Source of the DNA: Tubiluchus corallicola
Taxonomy: Eukaryota > Animalia > Priapulida
Direction: 5' to 3'
DNA: 64,000 nt
NCBI GenBank assembly: GCA_030141605.1
Contig: JAQGDQ010000740.1
Coordinates: forward strand, 39,786 to 103,785
Every line of letters starts with the position of its first letter. The stretch's first letter is position 1. Positions 59,255-64,000 of this stretch are shown here, one piece after another. The position numbers and the translations under genes were made by a program. The notes beneath the pieces are model-generated. The model saw only the letters and a list, made by a program, of their open reading frames with translations. It did not search any database and had not been told where the DNA came from.

Positions 59255-59937
59255 GGTCGTACATGGGCAGCCCACGTAGGATACTGGCGATTGCTGTCGA
59301 GTATTATGACATAATGAAACGTAAAACTAAATTTGTTTTAGAAAAACGTAACTTTACAATAATGATGGATAACTCCTTGACAATTTGCAATGTGTTTTTT
59401 ACAGTTATATCATCATTATTATTAGCTCCGTTAATATCATCATAACATTCAACTAACTATCTAATGCTTTAAAGTGAGGAACTATGTAGGGCACATAGCT
59501 CGCTAACCCATTTACTTAGTAGAAAACCATTATTTGTCCAAGAGGTAGTGAAACGGGTCACCTGTCTGTGAAGCGAGACAAAATAAAAATAACATCCCTT
59601 AAGCAAATGTTGGAATCGCCTAAGAAGTGAACTTATTTCACTTCAGAAAGATTAAATTCGAAGCCATATTTAATATTGGAAGTTTTACTAACTCAAAATA
59701 AGATTCTTTTATTTTACCAGATATATAATAAATTATTCAACGTTTTTGACGTTTTCAGTTATTATTATTAAAGCAACAAGGACAACGGGTGCTGCCAGTA
59801 CGGTTAACGACTCAATTTGTGACCTGTCTCTAGTGTCCTACTTAGGCAGCCCAGGTACGACGTGTCCTACTTAGGCAGCCCATGTACGATGCGTCCAACT
59901 TGGGTTAGCCCATGTACGCCAATTGTCCTACTTCGGC
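59255..59937. repeat. ~28-bp tandem array (4 units, 59834-59937) with an inverted partner at ~59257-59283
   Basis: Units TGTCCTACTTAGGCAGCCCATGTACGA. The sequence TCGTACATGGGCAGCCCACGTAGGATA is an imperfect reverse complement. Confidence 0.7.
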
Positions 59938-60180
59938 TAATGAATTACTCAGCGCCCAACTACGCGACACGCGCGTAATCGCTGTACTGTAGCGTTCATA
60001 AGAGCCACGTTTTTTTCAGGAGTTTAAATGTAATATGTTTTAGCTAATTGTTTTCGCAAAAATGGATAAATTTATTGTGAAAACTATGCGTAAGCGCACA
60101 TCTGATTGTCTTAAAGACTTTACCGTTAAAACGTCACTTACACGGGTAGGATTTAATATCATCGTGTGGTAAATTTTAAA

Positions 60181-62544
60181 GGCAGTGGTTACGGATCCGT
60201 ACTCGTCTTTTCCGCGATACCGGTCCGTATTCGTAGCTATTTCTGCAACAAATACGGATCTGTGCTTTTTGTGACATTTGCAAAACATACGGATTTTGAC
60301 AATTTCTACCATTGCAGACAATGGTTCACTGTTGTTGCAATTTCCTTAGAATCACATGTAAAACAGCATAACTCCAGTAAAAAGACAGTTTATAATTATT
60401 AAAAATTAAAACGGGCATGCACAGTAATAGGCTATTCACATTCTTTTTAAAGGTATTTATCAGTGGAAATATTAACTAACGTCGAGCAAGTACCCTGAAA
60501 CTTATGTAATCAGTTATATTATTAAATGTTCAAGCACTAACAATGCTAATTAGTGAGATAAAACTGTTACAATAGGAAGACGCATATGTATTCAATTGAC
60601 AATATAAACATATTCATATCAGAAAAAAATTAAAAGTTCAGCATAATATAAGAAACATTTTTTTTAATCTATACCTGTTGCTTTTCGTATGCAAACGGGG
60701 AACCGTTTTTATCGTCAATATCATTCGTCGTACGGATCGATCCGTATTTTCTAGTGAATGCTTTCAAGGCACGGATCCTTATTTTTAGTTGCTGCTGTTT
60801 CAGATATGGATCCGTACCTTTAGACACTGCCTTATTTTTTATTTCTTTACATGCTTTTTAGCTTTTCTATTGAAATCTTATTTTTACTTAAGCATTATAG
60901 ACTGAGTTAGGTTATTAGCAGTTTAGTGCCTACTGCTGCGTACTTACTTGCATAATGAGTGAGCTTGTTTGTTGTCATCATATCCACATTCGAAACGGAC
61001 TTGTTCAACCACTCAATGATATTGCATGATAATCGGTTGACAACCTTTACACACTAAATGCATTTTTTTAAAAATGGAAAACAAATTTTTTGTTTAATGT
61101 AGCTTCCTAGTTTCAGTCATTATATACTTATGAAACGATGCAATTGATTCAACATTACAGAGTATTTATAATAACTTAAAAGATGAATAATTTTACTAAG
61201 AAGAAAAATGTGTTCAATAACAAGGTATGCTTTGCTGGCATAGGTTCAACAGCAAGAGTACCATTACAGGGTACATTAGCCTTTATACCTATAGTATAGG
61301 AAGGTACAAGGGCTAATGTTTGTCTTTTTTATCACAGTGTTAATTAGATTATATCTGTGAATGCCAGAAATTAATAAATCATTGCGATGCATATCTCAAC
61401 AACTAGTAGCCTAGTAGTCAATGAGTCAAACAAAAAAGGAAATACAAAAGTTATGAGCCAATTGGGACTTGAGCCCAAGACCTTGGAAGTAGAACTCCCA
61501 TGCTATGCCATTTCAGCTATAGACTCAGCATGACACAGCAGGCTTGAATTATTATCCCTACAGCATACAATCCAATAGCTCTACCTAACTAATGAGTTAA
61601 ACAAAGAAAGGACGTGCTCTGAGAAATTGTGACCAAATCGTGACTTAAACCAGAGACGTCTGCAAATTAGCAGTATTATTATTTCAATAATAGCTTGAAT
61701 ATGCTTATATGATTGAAATATTTTCAAATGAACTTGTTCATTTTTTCTGTTAGGTAAGAAAGCATTTTCATTGATGTTTTGAACCGAAAAAAGTTGTTAT
61801 TGACTTGCAGCTGAGCTGAAAAAATGTGTGGCATCATTATAATGATTATCTACACAGCTTGTAGACATTCAATTAATGATTTGAGGTGTTAATACTTTTC
61901 ATGTACAAGATTTGTGTTGTTAAATTCTACTTTTGATAAACATTTGCATATAGTTTGTAGAACCGTTAGCTGTGACATGAATTGTTGTTCCAGTTTTGCA
62001 TTGCTATTGCATTTACTGTCACTTAGTATATATGTGATGTTCGTAAACACATATAAAGGATTGATTATAAATAATAGTAATATGACTTATTTGATTTAAT
62101 GACTACTATAATCACATCAAAGAGGTTAATTGTAAGTTTTTTCTGTATGTCTTTTTTCTGTCTTTTGATCTTTTTTGTATTCTCAGTTATTATTTACTTA
62201 TCATTATAGTCAACTGTCACTTTGACAGTTTGGTTTTAGTTCTTTAAACCAGTAATGTTAATAGTAGCATGATAACCCTGGATGGATTGAAGACTGGTGA
62301 TCCATGGTTGTTACATGACTTCATTATTTCCTTTTAATGAAACTTTCATTTAGATATTTCTTTATCTTTGTATTTTAGCTAAGTAAACTTTTCTTGATCT
62401 GTATAATATATTAAATACTGCTGCAGAATACAACCTCCTTATTTACATAAATTTATGAAAAAGATGAATTTAGGATCATCAATTTGAATAAATAGGCCTA
62501 CTTACAAACAAAATTTGTACGGATCCGTACCTTTAGTCACTGCC
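60181..62544 (-). mobile_element. Composite MULE-like element: MITE (60181-60831) + captured GPATCH11 intron DNA (60832-62518) + 28-bp terminal repeat (62517-62544)
   Basis: Three TIRs: GGCAGTG at 60181 and CACTGCC ending at 60831 and 62544. Flanks AATTTTAAA and AAATTTAAA form an 8/9 TSD. Confidence 0.85.
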
Positions 62545-63473
62545 AAATTTAAAACAATGCTAGTACTGTAGTGCAACTGTACAGGTACTGTAGTAATAGC
62601 ATTGTGGCATAAGTCCAGTAGTAATTTATCTAATTAGCCTAACTGCAAAATATGAGCGTGTTTATTATGGCCTGTTGGTTTGCCTTGTAGAATCTGTAGA
62701 CATAGGACCCAGTAGGTCTATTTCATATTGCAGTTAATGCAACTAAAGTGCAAATGTGTGTCATAACCTGCTAGAAATAGAAGTAATTTTGATTTTTAAT
62801 GTACAACTGGTGCAATTCCAGTTTAGATGCAGTTTGAACTTTTTGCATACATGCATACTTACATCAATAACTGAATATTGCTGCTTTAAAAACATTAACA
62901 TGAAAATAGTGGAGATCGACAACACTCATATATACTATTAAAGGACCGGGTTCATCTTTCTGTTTGTTTAAATATTTGTTCATTTGCTTGTCATAGGCGG
63001 AGAAAACAATTTTGCATGTACGACACTTAGGCCATTGGGTGTGGACATAGGGCAGTAAATTTAGATTACCAACATCTTCTTTCCAAGATATTTGAGCAGT
63101 TAAGCATTGTTTCAGTGAAGAAAATTCTTTTAGTGACATGGCATCAATAATGACACCATCATTGGTTCTCTACTGCATTCAAGTTAGATGTACGTGCTTT
63201 TAATGATGGATTATACAGTACAAAGCTGAATGATTATATTGGGAAAAAACAGAGAGAAAGGGAGAGTGTTGTGTTCTTTCTTACAAGTGATATGTGATGT
63301 GTAATTACTATGTAGCAGGTGCATTAAGGAAGTAGGATTTCATATGTTACGTGGCATATTGTATGAGAAGTTTTTACTCAATAAGTGTGTTTTACTTGAT
63401 GTTTTTGTTTTGTTTTATTGTTGACAAAATAAAAACACCGTCTTATTTATATAAATTACTGCAACTACTACAG

Positions 63474-63570
63474 TGAGAGGAAGAGAATGAAAGAGAGAGA
63501 GCCAGGAAGAACGGAAGAAAGCAAGTAATGAGAGAGAAGGAAAGAGAGAGAGAGAACTAGAGAAGACGAG
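63474..63570. repeat. GA-rich low-complexity tract
   Basis: Purine-rich (GA)n-like run, with a similar tract at 16665-16730. Confidence 0.8.
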
Positions 63571-64000
63571 TATGTGAGCAAAGCAAGCAGTGGTGCAATT
63601 TGTGAGTTTTTATTTTTCTTGTTTTGCTAGTATATTAGTCTCCCCAGCCATTGTTAATGTATTATTAATCTGCGAGAACCACATCTAACCTGTATACTAT
63701 CTTCATTAATTAGACTACAGTAAATTGTAACTTCCTGCATAGGTGCATTAGCTTTTGTTAGTTTAAAAGTGATGTTAGTAGATGGCGTATATGCAGCACC
63801 TTACACTATAGTGGCTTATTATGCATAACAAGGTGAGATTTATCGATAAGATAGCTGAAGCACTGCAAGCTAATACCCTACAGTTTGTCAATAATGAGTG
63901 GAGGATGAATGATGAGTGAGGCACCATACTTTTTGAAATCACCACTCTTCGAAACTCCACAACGCATTTGGAGTGTGCCTAGCAGCATATATATATATAT

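Noticed and set aside
59834-59937. 28-bp repeats resembling a CRISPR array
   Set aside because: Head-to-tail units without unique spacers, eukaryotic context and no cas genes.

Overview
AT-rich, intron-rich animal (probably invertebrate) nuclear DNA with four housekeeping-type genes: a divergent ArfGAP2/3 (Glo3-type) gene (-), GPATCH11 (-), a 36-coding-exon HEATR5 gene (+) head-to-head with GPATCH11, and a RABL6 gene whose whole CDS is one exon (-). Introns hold many non-autonomous DNA transposons (MULE-, Kolobok-, hAT-, piggyBac-, pogo/Tigger- and Tc1/mariner-like), a LINE remnant, SINE/tRNA-like pieces and tandem repeats. The most striking structure looks like a Pack-MULE-type capture with donor and product both in the window. 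An 888-bp MITE with a perfect 9-bp TSD sits in GPATCH11 intron 1. A second, inverted copy 45 kb away carries that MITE plus ~1.7 kb of adjacent host intron, closed by an extra terminal repeat and bounded by its own 9-bp TSD. Exon models were read by eye from GT/AG sites and frame continuity. Gene and repeat-family names come from remembered motifs, not database searches.
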